A DNA stretch of 64,000 bases from an uncultured Gemmatimonadales bacterium (GCA_963728915.1 CAVSLV010000002.1:384001-448000), one strand, 5' to 3'. Shown: positions 48,417 to 58,706, counted from the first letter of the stretch. A program made the numbers and translations. The notes: a model not told the origin generated them from the letters alone.

Positions 48417-48905
48417 ATGCCGGGGATTCCCGACGAACTCCTCCAGCAGATCGAGGCAACTCAGGGCGGGGATCCCTGGTATGGGTCATCGCTGGAGCGA
48501 CTGCTTGGTGACATCACGGCCGCCCAGGCCCAGCTTACCCCGGTCGCTGGCGGCCATTCGATCTGGGAGCAGGTCCTCCATATGACATCGTGGAGACGAG
48601 AGGTCACCAGACGGATCCTGGGAGCTCCTCCGGTCCCGCCGGTCGAAGGAGACTGGCCCGCGGGAAAAGGGTCTGAGGAAGAATGGGGCGAGGCAAAGAA
48701 ATCCCTGGCAAGAGCGCACCGCGATCTGGTGACTGCAATTCGGTCGCAACCCGTCTCCCGTTGGGCTGAACCAGTAGGGACCACGCGGGACCCCGGGCTT
48801 GGCTCCGGGCTCAGCGTGCTCGGGATGGTGGTGGGATTGGCTCAGCATGACGCCTACCACATCGGCCAGATCGCCATGCTCCGGCGTGCCGCCGGACTCC
48901 TGTAG
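48417..48905 (+). CDS. DinB family protein
   Basis: HSIWEQVLH and QHDAYHIGQI. Confidence 0.88.
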   Translation: MPGIPDELLQQIEATQGGDPWYGSSLERLLGDITAAQAQLTPVAGGHSIWEQVLHMTSWRREVTRRILGAPPVPPVEGDWPAGKGSEEEWGEAKKSLARAHRDLVTAIRSQPVSRWAEPVGTTRDPGLGSGLSVLGMVVGLAQHDAYHIGQIAMLRRAAGLL

Positions 48906-48915
48906 GGGGATAGAG

Positions 48916-49359
48916 TTGCCTCGGCTTGGGTTTGCTTCCGGGATTCTGGTGCTGATCTGGCTGGGCGCCAGGGCTGTTCAAGGCACGACGCACGTCATCC
49001 GGCTCTCCGGCAACTCTTTCGTTCCGGCGGTAATCGAGGCTCACGCGGGGGATTCCCTGCGGTTCATCAACGGCCCCGGCGGCCTGCACAACGTGGAATT
49101 CGTGGCCGATTCGATCCCGGAATCGCTGCGATCACGGATCGCCGACGCGATGCCCGGCGAGAAAATCGGCCCTCTTTCGGGCCCATTGCTGCTCTCGGCC
49201 GGTGAGGAGTACCGGTTCCGGATTCCGGATCTTCCGCCCGGTCGATACCCATTCATCTGTCTGGCCCATGTCGTCGTCGGGATGCGCGGGGTCCTGGTGA
49301 TTGCCCGGGATAAGCCCGATCGCCAGGCAGGCCTGCCGCAAGCCCGGAGTCGGAGGTAG
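48916..49359 (+). CDS. Cupredoxin (plastocyanin/azurin-like), exported
   Basis: HNV...C..H...M (ICLAHVVVGM) type-1 copper ligands; TTG start with RBS. Confidence 0.82.
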   Translation: MPRLGFASGILVLIWLGARAVQGTTHVIRLSGNSFVPAVIEAHAGDSLRFINGPGGLHNVEFVADSIPESLRSRIADAMPGEKIGPLSGPLLLSAGEEYRFRIPDLPPGRYPFICLAHVVVGMRGVLVIARDKPDRQAGLPQARSRR

Positions 49360-49431
49360 GTTCTTCCGGTCCAATCCGTTGCACCGACCCGTACCGCTCC
49401 TGCAGTCGATCGCACCTCTTTCGGAGGGTTC

Positions 49432-49992
49432 ATGACGCCGTTGTCCGCGCTGTGGCTGCCCGTACTGCTTTCCGGAGTGCTGGTGTTCTTCTCGAGCTTC
49501 GTGATTCACATGCTTCTGCCGTTCCATCGCGCCGACTATCCGGCCATGCCCAATGAGGATCGGGTGATGGAGGCATTGCGGCCGCTCAGCATCGCGCCCG
49601 GCGATTACATGGTACCGCGCGCGAACGATCCCAAGGACATGCGGTCCCCGGAATTCCAGGAGAAAATGGAAAAGGGTCCCGTGTTCATCATGACCATGCT
49701 GCCCAGTGGGAAGTTCAACATGGGCAGGAACCTGCTTCAGTGGTTCATCTACACCCTGGTGGTCGGCCTGTTTTCGGCGTACGTGGGCGGTCGGGCCCTG
49801 TCCGCCGGGACCGACTATCTCGCGGTCTTCCGTCTGGTGGGCACGGTGGCCTTCATCGGGTACGCGCTGGCGCTGTGGCAGATGTCGATCTGGTACCGGC
49901 GCAACCTCGGCACCACCATTCGGAGCACGATCGACGGCCTGGTCTACGCGTTGCTCACCGCCGGCGTATTCGGTTGGCTGTGGCCCCGGTAA
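49432..49992 (+). CDS. Hypothetical integral membrane protein
   Basis: GGAGG RBS, about four TM segments. Confidence 0.8.
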   Translation: MTPLSALWLPVLLSGVLVFFSSFVIHMLLPFHRADYPAMPNEDRVMEALRPLSIAPGDYMVPRANDPKDMRSPEFQEKMEKGPVFIMTMLPSGKFNMGRNLLQWFIYTLVVGLFSAYVGGRALSAGTDYLAVFRLVGTVAFIGYALALWQMSIWYRRNLGTTIRSTIDGLVYALLTAGVFGWLWPR

Positions 49993-50654
49993 GCCGCAAG
50001 GTCACCTACCAGGATCTTTTCGAAAACAATCGTCGCTGGGCGCGGGGTGTCCTCCGGAACGATCCGGAGTTCTTCCGGAGGCTTTCCCTGCAACAGACGC
50101 CCCGATTCCTCTGGATCGGCTGCGCCGACAGCCGGGTGCCGGCCAATGAGATCGTGGGGCTTCTGCCCGGCGAGATCTTCGTGCACCGTAATGTCGCCAA
50201 CCTGGTGGTGGAGGGAGATCTCAACTGCCTCTCCGTGATCCAGTTTGCGGTGGATGTGCTGAAGGTCGAGCACATCATCGTCTGCGGTCACTACGGGTGT
50301 GGAGGTGTGCAGGCTGCCTGGCGGGGAGAAGCCCTGGGGCTCATCGACCAGTGGATCCGGCACGTGAAGGCAATTGCGGGGGAGCATCGGGACCGGCTGC
50401 ACGGTCTCGCCGAAGCGGACGCGATCGATCGCCTGTGCGAGCTGAACGTGCTTGGCCAGGCGGTGCATGTGTGCCGAACGGGCATCGTTCAGGCCGCCTG
50501 GAGCAGGGGTCAGTCGATCGCGGTGCATGCCTGGATCTACGGATTGCACGACGGGCTGATCCGGGATCTCAAAGGGAGCATCGAAGGGCCCGATCAGGTC
50601 GACCTGATGTATCAGAAGGCGCTCGAGGACCTGCCGGTTCGCAAGCGGACCTGA
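49980..50654 (+). CDS. can: Beta-class carbonic anhydrase
   Basis: [15 protein letters not shown] and CGHYGCGG; start codon uncertain. Confidence 0.93.
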   Translation: MAPVSRKVTYQDLFENNRRWARGVLRNDPEFFRRLSLQQTPRFLWIGCADSRVPANEIVGLLPGEIFVHRNVANLVVEGDLNCLSVIQFAVDVLKVEHIIVCGHYGCGGVQAAWRGEALGLIDQWIRHVKAIAGEHRDRLHGLAEADAIDRLCELNVLGQAVHVCRTGIVQAAWSRGQSIAVHAWIYGLHDGLIRDLKGSIEGPDQVDLMYQKALEDLPVRKRT

Positions 50655-50655
50655 C

Positions 50656-51135
50656 ATGCTCGTCGAGCTCAAACGACTCTCGGATCATGCCGCCTGGGCG
50701 GACCGGCTCCTCGCCGATGCTCTCGTGGCGAGCAACGGGGAGCCGGGTACCGCGGTCCGGGAGTTCGCCCACGTGCTCGGTACGTCCGAGACCTGGCTCG
50801 CGCGCATCGAAGGCCGGCCCCCGACACTGGCGGTGTGGCCGGAGCTTGCGGCAGACCAGTTGATGGAAACCGTGTCGGCGGTGCACCGGGGCTACCAGGC
50901 GTTCCTGAGCTCGGTCACCGAAGGAGCACTGGGCGGACCCATCAGGTACGTGAACAGTGCGGGGCAGCGGTTCGAGAATCGGCTGGACGATCTTCTGCTG
51001 CATGCCGCTTTGCACGGCCAGTACCACCGCGGAAAGATCAATCTGTTGCTTCGCCAGTCCGGCAGGCAACCGATTCCGACCGACTACATTGCCTTCATTC
51101 GAGGAGTCCCGGCCGCCATCACCAAGCCGAGGTAG
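50656..51135 (+). CDS. DinB family protein
   Basis: H..WA, AHVL and HGQYHRGKI. Confidence 0.85.
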   Translation: MLVELKRLSDHAAWADRLLADALVASNGEPGTAVREFAHVLGTSETWLARIEGRPPTLAVWPELAADQLMETVSAVHRGYQAFLSSVTEGALGGPIRYVNSAGQRFENRLDDLLLHAALHGQYHRGKINLLLRQSGRQPIPTDYIAFIRGVPAAITKPR

Positions 51136-51141
51136 TTCCCG

Positions 51142-51420
51142 ATGCCGTGCTTCCTGTTGTTGCTCGCCCTGATCACTCCCCGTCTCGTCATCGTCCTGCT
51201 CTGGCTCTTGACCCACTGGTTCCAGGGACTCTTTCCGTCGGTGGCGGTTCCCCTGCTCGGGTTCATCTTCCTTCCCAGCACGCTCCTGTGGTACACCGCG
51301 GTGCAACACTGGTTCGCCGGCCAGTGGAGCTTCTGGCCGGTGGTCGGCCTCGTGATCGCTCTCCTGATCGACCTCTCCCCCGCCAAGGGGAAGTGGCGAA
51401 GGCCTCGAGAGGCGCCATAG
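51142..51420 (+). CDS. Small hypothetical membrane protein
   Basis: MPC...PR...PLLGFIFLP.TLL hydrophobic ORF. Confidence 0.75.
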   Translation: MPCFLLLLALITPRLVIVLLWLLTHWFQGLFPSVAVPLLGFIFLPSTLLWYTAVQHWFAGQWSFWPVVGLVIALLIDLSPAKGKWRRPREAP

Positions 51421-52343
51421 ACAACGTCACCCATTCCCTGCTCGGGTTCGCGCTGGCCCAGTCGGGGCTCCGGCGCGCAACCCGCCTGGGCACGGCGACT
51501 CTGGTATTGGGCGCCAATCTTCCGGACGCCGACGGGTTCGCCTACTTCTTCGGCTCCCGCGAGGCGGCCCTGCACTTCCGCCGCGGGTGGACCCACGGCA
51601 TCCTCGCGATGGTGGTGCTTCCGCTGCTCCTGGCCGGTGTGATGATCGGGTGGGACCGTTGGCGGGGGCGCCGCGACGGTCCGCCGGTGAACCCCCGGGG
51701 GCTTCTGCTTCTCGCCGCCATCGGGGTCTGGTCGCATCCCCTGCTCGATCTGCTCAACGTGTACGGCGTGCGGCTTCTGATGCCCTTCTCCGAACACTGG
51801 TTCAAGGCCGACGCGCTCTTCATCGTGGATCCCTGGGTGTGGCTGGTGCTCGGCGGGGGACTCCTGGTTGGCCGGCTCGGTCGGAGCGAACGGCCGTCGC
51901 GGCTGGCGCTGGGGACGGTTGCGGGTTATGCGATCGCAATGACCGGCCTGAGCGTGCTGGGCCGGCGAGTGGTGGCCCGGCGGACCGGAGTCGAGGCCCG
52001 CACCATGGCCGCCCCGGTGTTCGGGAACCCGTTCCGCCGGGAGATTCTTCGCGACCTGGGACGGGAATACGAGTCCGGTGAGCTGGTCTTCGGGTTTCCC
52101 AGCGAGTACGCACCGAACGCCAGAGTGGAGACCGGAGCTGATCTGCCGGGGGTCGCGGAAGCACAGGAGACCTCGAAAGGGCAGTGGTTCCTTCGCTGGG
52201 CGCGGTTTCCGGTGTTCGAGTCCCATCCCACCGACGGTACGGTGGAGGTCTCGATCCGGGATCTCCGTTTCGGACGTATTAGGGGTCAATCCTGGGCGGG
52301 AATCACGGTGCGAGTTCCGCGACCGGCCGAAGAGAGCAGGTGA
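51417..52343 (+). CDS. Inner-membrane metal-dependent hydrolase (YdjM/LexA-binding family); ATA or upstream GTG start
   Basis: DNVTHSL, NLPDAD, RRGWTH, SHPLLD..N.YG and IVDPW. Confidence 0.85.
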   Translation: MDNVTHSLLGFALAQSGLRRATRLGTATLVLGANLPDADGFAYFFGSREAALHFRRGWTHGILAMVVLPLLLAGVMIGWDRWRGRRDGPPVNPRGLLLLAAIGVWSHPLLDLLNVYGVRLLMPFSEHWFKADALFIVDPWVWLVLGGGLLVGRLGRSERPSRLALGTVAGYAIAMTGLSVLGRRVVARRTGVEARTMAAPVFGNPFRREILRDLGREYESGELVFGFPSEYAPNARVETGADLPGVAEAQETSKGQWFLRWARFPVFESHPTDGTVEVSIRDLRFGRIRGQSWAGITVRVPRPAEESR

Positions 52344-52346
52344 CCG

Positions 52347-52898
52347 GTGGCGAAAGCCAAATGGCCCCTGTTCCTGCTGGCCTGGCTCTCGCTCATTCCC
52401 GGCATCGGCTTTTTCCTGGGATCAATGGCGGCCGGATGGGGTCTGGTTTCGAGCCGGCCCCGCGCGCTGGTGGCTGCCGGGATCGGGGCGGGCGGGGCGC
52501 TGCTCAACCTGATCGGGCTGATGGTCCTGGGAGCATATCTCCTCCGGGACCGGCCTGAGCTGGCGGCAGCCAAGGTCGAGGCGACGCGACAAGGGCTGGT
52601 GGAGGTCGTCATCGCGCTGGATGCCTATCGTCAGCAGGAAGGGAGCTATCCCTCCTCCCTCACCATTCTTCAGCGGAAACTCGGGTTTCAGCGCCCGGTC
52701 AACGTTCTGGATCCGAGCGCGGGATTTCTGCCGCCCAAACCCTATCAATACGAGCTGGCTCCCGACGGTCAGACCTATCGGGTCTTCTCGGTGGGACCCG
52801 ACAAGGCGCTGGGAACCTCAGACGACATATTTCCGGTATTACCGGATTCGCTCGCGGCGCGATCCGGATTTCGAAACCCGATTGGCCGCCGGGAGTGA
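52347..52898 (+). CDS. Membrane protein with GspG-like C-terminal domain
   Basis: ALDAY...G.YP..L..L...DP...Y.Y...SVGPD...GT.DDI pattern; no prepilin leader. Confidence 0.65.
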   Translation: MAKAKWPLFLLAWLSLIPGIGFFLGSMAAGWGLVSSRPRALVAAGIGAGGALLNLIGLMVLGAYLLRDRPELAAAKVEATRQGLVEVVIALDAYRQQEGSYPSSLTILQRKLGFQRPVNVLDPSAGFLPPKPYQYELAPDGQTYRVFSVGPDKALGTSDDIFPVLPDSLAARSGFRNPIGRRE

Positions 52899-52905
52899 GG
52901 GTGCC

Positions 52906-53394
52906 ATGGATGTGACGGTGAAGGTCTACGACAAGCTGGGTGTGCTGGTGGGACCGGTGACATCGCCCAGGGTCGTGAAGAGCGATGCGGAGTGGAAAGC
53001 CCAGCTGACTCCGGAGCAGTTTCAGATCGCGCGGGGCAAGGGAACCGAGCGTCCATTCTGCGGCCTGTTGCTCGACAACAAACGTGCCGGCGTGTACGCC
53101 TGCATCTGCTGTGGATTGCCGCTCTTTTCCTCGGAACACAAGTTCGAATCCGGCACCGGCTGGCCCAGCTATTTCCAGCCGGTTGCCCCCGAGAACGTGC
53201 GCACCGCGTCGGATCGAAGCTATGGGATGCACCGCACCGAGATCCTGTGCCCGAGGTGCGATTGCCATCTGGGGCACGTCTTCAACGACGGCCCGCCTCC
53301 CACCGGCCTTCGATACTGCGTCAATTCGGATTCGCTGCGTTTCGTGGACGCGAAGGACCTCGCTGCGCTCGCCGATCCGGTTGCGGGAGGATAG
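52906..53394 (+). CDS. msrB: Peptide-methionine (R)-S-oxide reductase
   Basis: [29 protein letters not shown] and RYCVNS. Confidence 0.96.
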   Translation: MDVTVKVYDKLGVLVGPVTSPRVVKSDAEWKAQLTPEQFQIARGKGTERPFCGLLLDNKRAGVYACICCGLPLFSSEHKFESGTGWPSYFQPVAPENVRTASDRSYGMHRTEILCPRCDCHLGHVFNDGPPPTGLRYCVNSDSLRFVDAKDLAALADPVAGG

Positions 53395-53422
53395 CGCCGG
53401 GTCGGGCCGGAAGCCTCCCGCG

Positions 53423-54166
53423 TTGCAGGAAACCTCCCACCGACCCTGGCCTGTTCCTCAGCGCCCCTGGTGGGGCCGGCAGACCTGGCACTCACTCGCG
53501 TTTCTGCACTGGCCGGCGCCTGCTTCATCGCTGCGGCGCCTGATCCCGCCGGGTCTCGAGATCGAGGAATTCGGTGGATCGGCGTGGGTGGCAGTGGCGC
53601 CATTCTGGATGTCGGGGGTGACCCTGGGCCGAATGCCCCCCATTCCCTTCCTGTCGAGCTTCGCCGAACTCAACACCCGGACCTACGTGACGCGCGATGG
53701 ATTCCCCGGGGTCTGGTTCTTCAGCCTGGACGCATCCAGCCTCCCGGCAGTCCGCGTGGCCCGGGCCCTCTTTCATCTCCCCTACTACCACGCGCGCATG
53801 CGGCACGCGATCGAGGGAGACCGGGTCGTCTACGACTCCCGGCGGATTCGAGGTCCGGGGTTCCATGCATCTTATGGACCAGTGGGGCCGGTGTTCCGGA
53901 GCAAGGCAGATACCCTGGAACACTTTCTCACCGAACGGTACTGCCTGTATGCCAGCGATACATCGGGCCGGCTCTACCGGTCGGAGATCCACCATGACCC
54001 CTGGCCGCTCCAGGATGGCGAGGCCTCGATCGAGCGCAACGAGCTTCTCGACGACCTCGGCCTGCCGATCGAGGGCGCTCCACTGGTTCACTTCGCCGAG
54101 CGCCTGGACGTGCGGGTCTGGTCTCCCCTGCGGGTCGACTCTAGCGCTTCCCCCGCGAAACCATAA
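53423..54166 (+). CDS. DUF2071/YqjF family protein
   Basis: RPW...Q.W..L.F.HW, ELNTRTYV, GVWFFSLDA and FLTERY. Confidence 0.88.
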   Translation: MQETSHRPWPVPQRPWWGRQTWHSLAFLHWPAPASSLRRLIPPGLEIEEFGGSAWVAVAPFWMSGVTLGRMPPIPFLSSFAELNTRTYVTRDGFPGVWFFSLDASSLPAVRVARALFHLPYYHARMRHAIEGDRVVYDSRRIRGPGFHASYGPVGPVFRSKADTLEHFLTERYCLYASDTSGRLYRSEIHHDPWPLQDGEASIERNELLDDLGLPIEGAPLVHFAERLDVRVWSPLRVDSSASPAKP

Positions 54167-54224
54167 GTTGGTTGGGTTTCCAGCCATGCCCGAGATCGGG
54201 GATCATCTTCCACAAGGGGGGCGT

Positions 54225-54503
54225 ATGGTCATCAAGCGCATCGAACCGGTGTCAGCGGCGAAGATCAGTGCGGTGCTGTATGCGTTGATGGGTTTCCTGA
54301 TTGCCCTCCTCTTCGCAGCGATCGGCTCGATGGCGGGCGGCCTGGCCCAGACCGCATTCCCCTTTGCCGGGGCCGGAGTGGCGGCCATCATCATCATCCC
54401 CATCGTCTATGGCTGTATCGGATTCATCGCCACCCTGATCATGGCGGCGCTCTATAACCTGGTGGCCGGATGGGTCGGAGGGGTGCAGATTCAGGCCGAG
54501 TAG
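54225..54503 (+). CDS. Small 2-TM protein (DUF3566-like)
   Basis: IKRIEPVSAAK...LYNLVAGWVGGVQI. Confidence 0.75.
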   Translation: MVIKRIEPVSAAKISAVLYALMGFLIALLFAAIGSMAGGLAQTAFPFAGAGVAAIIIIPIVYGCIGFIATLIMAALYNLVAGWVGGVQIQAE

Positions 54504-54522
54504 CCTTCCCAGCGCATCACCC

Positions 54523-54562
54523 GGAGGCAGCGGGGCCCGGCCCCGCTGCCTCCTTATCTTTT
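54523..54562 (+). terminator. Intrinsic terminator
   Basis: GGAGGCAGCGGGGC-CCG-GCCCCGCTGCCTCC followed by TTATCTTTT. Confidence 0.75.
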
Positions 54563-54587
54563 GACCGGGAGCCACAGAGAGGAACCT

Positions 54588-55016
54588 TTGGAACGGACTG
54601 CAGAGGCACGATGGGAAGGCGAGCTCAAGTCGGGCAAGGGCCAGATCAAGTTGGGAAGCGGGGCCTATCAGGGTGGGTATTCCTTCGGCACCCGGTTCGA
54701 ATCGAGTCCGGGGACGAACCCCGAAGAGCTGATCGGTGCGGCATTGGCGGCCTGCTTCAGCATGGCGCTGGCTTCGACTCTGGCGAAGGGAGGCCATCCT
54801 GCGACGTCGGTCGATACCCGGGCCGCGGTGCGGCTGGAGAAGGTGGGCGAAGGATTCGGCATCACCGGGATCACCCTGACCACGCGCGGGGTCGTTCCTG
54901 GGGTTTCCGCCGAGGAATTCACCAAGTTGGCCGAGCAGACGGGCAAGAACTGCATCGTGGCACGGGCCCTCGGCGCGGTTCCCATCTCCGTGGCGGCGAC
55001 CCACTCAACCTCCTGA
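54588..55016 (+). CDS. osmC: OsmC family peroxiredoxin
   Basis: A.WEG...G.G, GTNPEELIGAA.AACFSMAL and NCIVARAL. Confidence 0.93.
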   Translation: MERTAEARWEGELKSGKGQIKLGSGAYQGGYSFGTRFESSPGTNPEELIGAALAACFSMALASTLAKGGHPATSVDTRAAVRLEKVGEGFGITGITLTTRGVVPGVSAEEFTKLAEQTGKNCIVARALGAVPISVAATHSTS

Positions 55017-55765
55017 CCCGCGCCACTGTCGTCCTGGGGTTGCTTCTCGCCGCGTGCGGGGGCAGCCTCCGGGACCGCTTGCATCCAGGGGGCCGGTTCC
55101 TCGCCAGGTACGGCCCGGCGACCTCGGAGTTCGAGACCTTCCGGAGTGGACTCATCGCGAACCGCTTCCTGGATACGGTCGCGGTGCGCCTCAACGACTC
55201 GCTCCGGATCCCCAGGAACATCACGCTCCAGACCGCGCATTGCGCCGCCCCGAACGCGTCATACGATCCCGAAGCGCGCGAGGTGACGCTCTGCTACGAG
55301 CTGTTTCAGAGCCTTTCCGATCAGCTGGGGAACGAGGTCGGTGGGGACTATCTGGTCTCCGGGACGGTGGTGTTCGCCCTGATGCACGAGCTCGGGCATG
55401 CGCTGATCGACGTGCTGGAGCTGCCCATTGTCGGCCGGGAAGAGGACGCGGTCGACCAGCTCGCCACCATCCTGATGCTCAACCAGGGATTGGCGGGAGA
55501 CTCACTCGCCTTCGGCGCGGTCGGCTGGTTCCTCACCAAATCCAAGAGCGAACTCCTGGACGACATGGCGTTTGCCGACGACCACGGGCTGGACCGCCAG
55601 CGGGTCTACAATATGATCTGCTGGATCTACGGCCGGGATCCCAGTCGGTACCCGGAAGTCGTTGAGGAACATTGGCTTCCGGAGCACCGGGCGGAGGGGT
55701 GCCCAGCCGAGTATCGCAGGCTGGCGCGGAACTGGGCGAAGCTCCTGGCTCCCTACCACCGGTAG
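55013..55765 (+). CDS. DUF4344-like metallopeptidase lipoprotein (probable CTG start)
   Basis: LLAAC lipobox, C..PNA.Y, CYE, HELGHALI, GREEDAVD and C.IYG. Confidence 0.8.
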   Translation: MTRATVVLGLLLAACGGSLRDRLHPGGRFLARYGPATSEFETFRSGLIANRFLDTVAVRLNDSLRIPRNITLQTAHCAAPNASYDPEAREVTLCYELFQSLSDQLGNEVGGDYLVSGTVVFALMHELGHALIDVLELPIVGREEDAVDQLATILMLNQGLAGDSLAFGAVGWFLTKSKSELLDDMAFADDHGLDRQRVYNMICWIYGRDPSRYPEVVEEHWLPEHRAEGCPAEYRRLARNWAKLLAPYHR

Positions 55766-55805
55766 GCTTGGGGCACGCTGGAGGTCCCGGCGACCAGCCC
55801 CACCC

Positions 55806-55835
55806 CTGACCCGCGAAGGGTTATCCCCCTATAAT
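55806..55835 (+). promoter_or_regulatory. Putative sigma70 promoter
   Basis: CTGACC-N18-TATAAT upstream of the lipoprotein gene. Confidence 0.45.
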
Positions 55836-55885
55836 TCATGTCTCCCCGCACCTGCGCGGGTTGGGTCCCCAACAAGGAGGGTGTC

Positions 55886-56335
55886 TTGCGACGGTTCGTT
55901 GTGCTCGGCTGCGTTGCGATGACAATGGCTTGTACCAAGAAGGAAGAGGCCCCGGCAGCCGACACGATGGCGGTCGCGCCGGCGCCGATGATGAATCTCG
56001 CCGACATGGCGGGAACCTGGTCGATGAAGGTGATGCCCCAGGGAAGCGACAGTGTCGTTGCGTCGGGCGAGATTGCCGCGACGGGAACTACGGACGGATG
56101 GACGATGACGCTGCCCAACCGGCCGGCCCTGCCGATGATGGTGTCGGTCTCGGGCGACAGCGTGATGATGGACGCGGGCCCCTACGAGAGCGTTCTCCGC
56201 AAGGGCATTCAGGTGTCCACTCATACCGTGGCGCGGATGCACAATGGCATGCTGATGGGCAGCACGACCGCCCATTACGCCTCCGGCCAGGACACGGTGG
56301 TCATGCTTCGGATGGAAGCCACCAAGAAGCCGTAA
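55886..56335 (+). CDS. Methionine-rich lipoprotein
   Basis: AAGGAGG RBS, TTG start, TMAC lipobox; 16 Met in about 134 mature residues. Confidence 0.82.
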   Translation: MRRFVVLGCVAMTMACTKKEEAPAADTMAVAPAPMMNLADMAGTWSMKVMPQGSDSVVASGEIAATGTTDGWTMTLPNRPALPMMVSVSGDSVMMDAGPYESVLRKGIQVSTHTVARMHNGMLMGSTTAHYASGQDTVVMLRMEATKKP

Positions 56336-56360
56336 TCCCGCTTATCATGAAGAGTCGCGG

Positions 56361-56394
56361 GGCAGGCCGGGGTCCATTGGGATCCCGGCCTGCC
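56361..56394 (+). terminator. GC hairpin after lipoprotein gene
   Basis: GGCAGGCCGGG...CCCGGCCTGCC; no clear U-tract. Confidence 0.4.
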
Positions 56395-56429
56395 GTGCAC
56401 ATCTGACATCAACCAATCCGGAAAACCGC

Positions 56430-56609
56430 ATGTCGAAACGTGAAGAACAACGGCTGGCCAAACTCATCAAGAAGAACGCTGCCAAGGCCGGAGGCGGGAA
56501 ACGCCCCGACCGCTCCACGCAGTACGATGACACGCTGCGTCAGAAGGCGGAAGAAGTCGACAGCGAGACCAAACGCTTCTTCAAGGACATGAAACGGAGA
56601 GAGTTCTGA
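56430..56609 (+). CDS. Small basic hypothetical protein (59 aa, absent from ORF track)
   Basis: MSKREEQRLAKLIKKNAAKAGGGKRPDRSTQYDDTLRQKAEEVDSETKRFFKDMKRREF; GC3-rich codons, stop overlaps next start. Confidence 0.7.
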   Translation: MSKREEQRLAKLIKKNAAKAGGGKRPDRSTQYDDTLRQKAEEVDSETKRFFKDMKRREF

Positions 56610-58000
56610 AACTCGGCCGCTGGCTGGCCGTCCTCATCCCGGGCGTCCTCATCTGGGCGATTCCGTGGCCCGGTCTCACCCCGCCCCAGCGCCACCTGCT
56701 GGGGATTTTTGTGGCCACCATCGTCGCGCTGGTGGCACACCCGGTGCCAATGGGGGTGAGCGCCATCACCGGCATGACCCTGCTGGCGATCACCGGAACA
56801 CTGCCTCCCGGCAAAGTCCTTTCGGGATTCAGCAATCTCACGGTGTGGCTGGTGTTCTCCGCGTTTCTCTTCGCCCGCGCGGTCACGGTGACCCGGCTCG
56901 GACAACGGATCGCCTATCTGTTCATCCGGCGGTTCGGGAAGAGCACTCTGTCGCTGGGCTACTCGCTCGCCGCGGCGGACGTGGCCCTCGCCCCGTTCGT
57001 GCCCTCCGATACCGCGCGGGGCGGCGGCATCATGTATCCGATTGCCCGGAGCGTCTCGGAAGCCGCGGGCTCGTCCCCGGGCCCGACCGCGAGGAATCTC
57101 GGCGCCTTCCTGATGCTGACCAGCTTCCATGCGACCTATACCGCCTCGGGGACTTTCCTCACCGGGATGGCAGCCAACCCGGTGATCGCCGGGTTCGCCA
57201 AGCAGTTCGCCGGAGTCGAGCTGACCTGGGTGCGCTGGCTCATGGGCTCGATCGTGCCGGCTCTGCTCACCCTCATCCTCGTCCCGTTGCTGATTCACCG
57301 GCTGGTCCGTCCCACCATCCGGGATACCGAGCCGGCCCGCGCCCACGCCCGCGAGGCCCTGGCCGAGCTGGGACCAGCCAGGGCCCCCGAGATCAAACTG
57401 CTGGTGGTGATGCTTGCGGTCATGGCAGGTTGGGTGACGTCGCCGAGCCACGGCATCCCCAACGGCTTCGTGGCGCTGGCCGGCGTGTCGGCACTGCTGC
57501 TCCTTGGCGTCCTGACCTGGGACGATCTGCTGGGCGAGCGGCGAGCCTGGGATGCCCTGATCTGGTTCGCGCCGCTCCTCATGATGGCGGACGCCTTGCA
57601 GGAGACCGGGGTGATCGGCGTGCTTTCCAAATCGCTGTTCGCCGGCCTGGGCGGCTTGCCCTGGCTCGCCGCCTTGCCGCTCCTGGTGCTGGCCTATCTG
57701 TACCTCCACTACGGATTCGCCAGCATGACGGCGCACGTCACGGCGCTCTATCCCGGGTTCATCGCCGCCGCGCTCGCCGCGGGAGCGCCTCCCCTCGTGG
57801 CCGCGCTGCTGCTCGCCTATTTCTCGAACCTCGACGCTTCGCTCACCCACTACGGCACCGGCTCGGCGCCGGTATTCTTCGGCGCGGGTTATGTCTCCCA
57901 GGGGACCTGGTGGCGGATCGGCTTCCTGGTCTCCCTGCTCAACGTGGTGATCTGGCTCGGGGTCGGCATGGCCTGGTGGAAGCTGCTCGGATGGTGGTAG
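56606..58000 (+). CDS. DASS family anion (di/tricarboxylate) transporter; probable CTG start
   Basis: PS.TARGGG, FLTGMAANP, HYGFAS.TAH and LTHYGTGSAP; the hydrophobic frame extends upstream to CTG 56606. Confidence 0.92.
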   Translation: MKLGRWLAVLIPGVLIWAIPWPGLTPPQRHLLGIFVATIVALVAHPVPMGVSAITGMTLLAITGTLPPGKVLSGFSNLTVWLVFSAFLFARAVTVTRLGQRIAYLFIRRFGKSTLSLGYSLAAADVALAPFVPSDTARGGGIMYPIARSVSEAAGSSPGPTARNLGAFLMLTSFHATYTASGTFLTGMAANPVIAGFAKQFAGVELTWVRWLMGSIVPALLTLILVPLLIHRLVRPTIRDTEPARAHAREALAELGPARAPEIKLLVVMLAVMAGWVTSPSHGIPNGFVALAGVSALLLLGVLTWDDLLGERRAWDALIWFAPLLMMADALQETGVIGVLSKSLFAGLGGLPWLAALPLLVLAYLYLHYGFASMTAHVTALYPGFIAAALAAGAPPLVAALLLAYFSNLDASLTHYGTGSAPVFFGAGYVSQGTWWRIGFLVSLLNVVIWLGVGMAWWKLLGWW

Positions 58001-58659
58001 TGCCGCGGCGTTCGCTGCTCCCCGAAGAGGTCGAACAGTACCTCACCGCCGTCAATCGGCCGGAAACCGATCTGCTCACCAGGTTGCGGGCCGAAACCGC
58101 GGTGCTGCCACAGGCGGGGATGCAGATCGGGCCGGACCAGGCCGCGCTGCTTCAACTCCTGATTCGACTGACCGACGCCCGCCGGGTCCTCGAGATCGGC
58201 ACGTTCACAGGGCTTTCCGCGCTCGCCATGGCGCTGGCTCTTCCTGAAGATGGGAGAGTGATTACTTGCGATATCAGCGAGGAATGGACCGGGATAGCGC
58301 GGCGGTACTGGGCCGAGTCCGGCCAGGGCGGAAAAATCGAGCTTCGCTTGGCTCCCGCGTTGGAGACGCTTGCGACCCTGGAAACGGCCGGTGCCCGGTT
58401 CGACTTCGCGTTCATCGACGCGGATAAGCCCAACTACAACGCCTACTACGAGATCGCCATCCGTCTGGTTCGCCGGGGTGGGCTCATTGCGCTCGACAAC
58501 ATGCTCTGGAGCGGGAAGGTCGCGAATCCAGGGAATCAGGAGGAGAGCACAGTAGCGATCCGGGCGCTGAATCGCAGGATTCGGGAGGACGTGCGGGTGG
58601 ATTCGGTCCTCCTCTCGGTCGGGGACGGGGTCATGTTGGCCTCACCCCGCTTGCGATGA
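57991..58659 (+). CDS. O-methyltransferase (caffeoyl-CoA OMT-like)
   Basis: LEIGTFTG, FIDADK and DNMLWSG. Confidence 0.92.
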   Translation: MVVVPRRSLLPEEVEQYLTAVNRPETDLLTRLRAETAVLPQAGMQIGPDQAALLQLLIRLTDARRVLEIGTFTGLSALAMALALPEDGRVITCDISEEWTGIARRYWAESGQGGKIELRLAPALETLATLETAGARFDFAFIDADKPNYNAYYEIAIRLVRRGGLIALDNMLWSGKVANPGNQEESTVAIRALNRRIREDVRVDSVLLSVGDGVMLASPRLR

Positions 58660-58706
58660 GTGCTTCCGTGCAGTAGATCATCGGGAGCACGCTCTGGAGG
58701 CTGTCG

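Noticed and set aside
56665..58659. 664-aa ORF as a transporter-methyltransferase fusion
   Set aside because: The N-terminal part is an off-frame read-through of the DASS gene; the OMT starts near 57991
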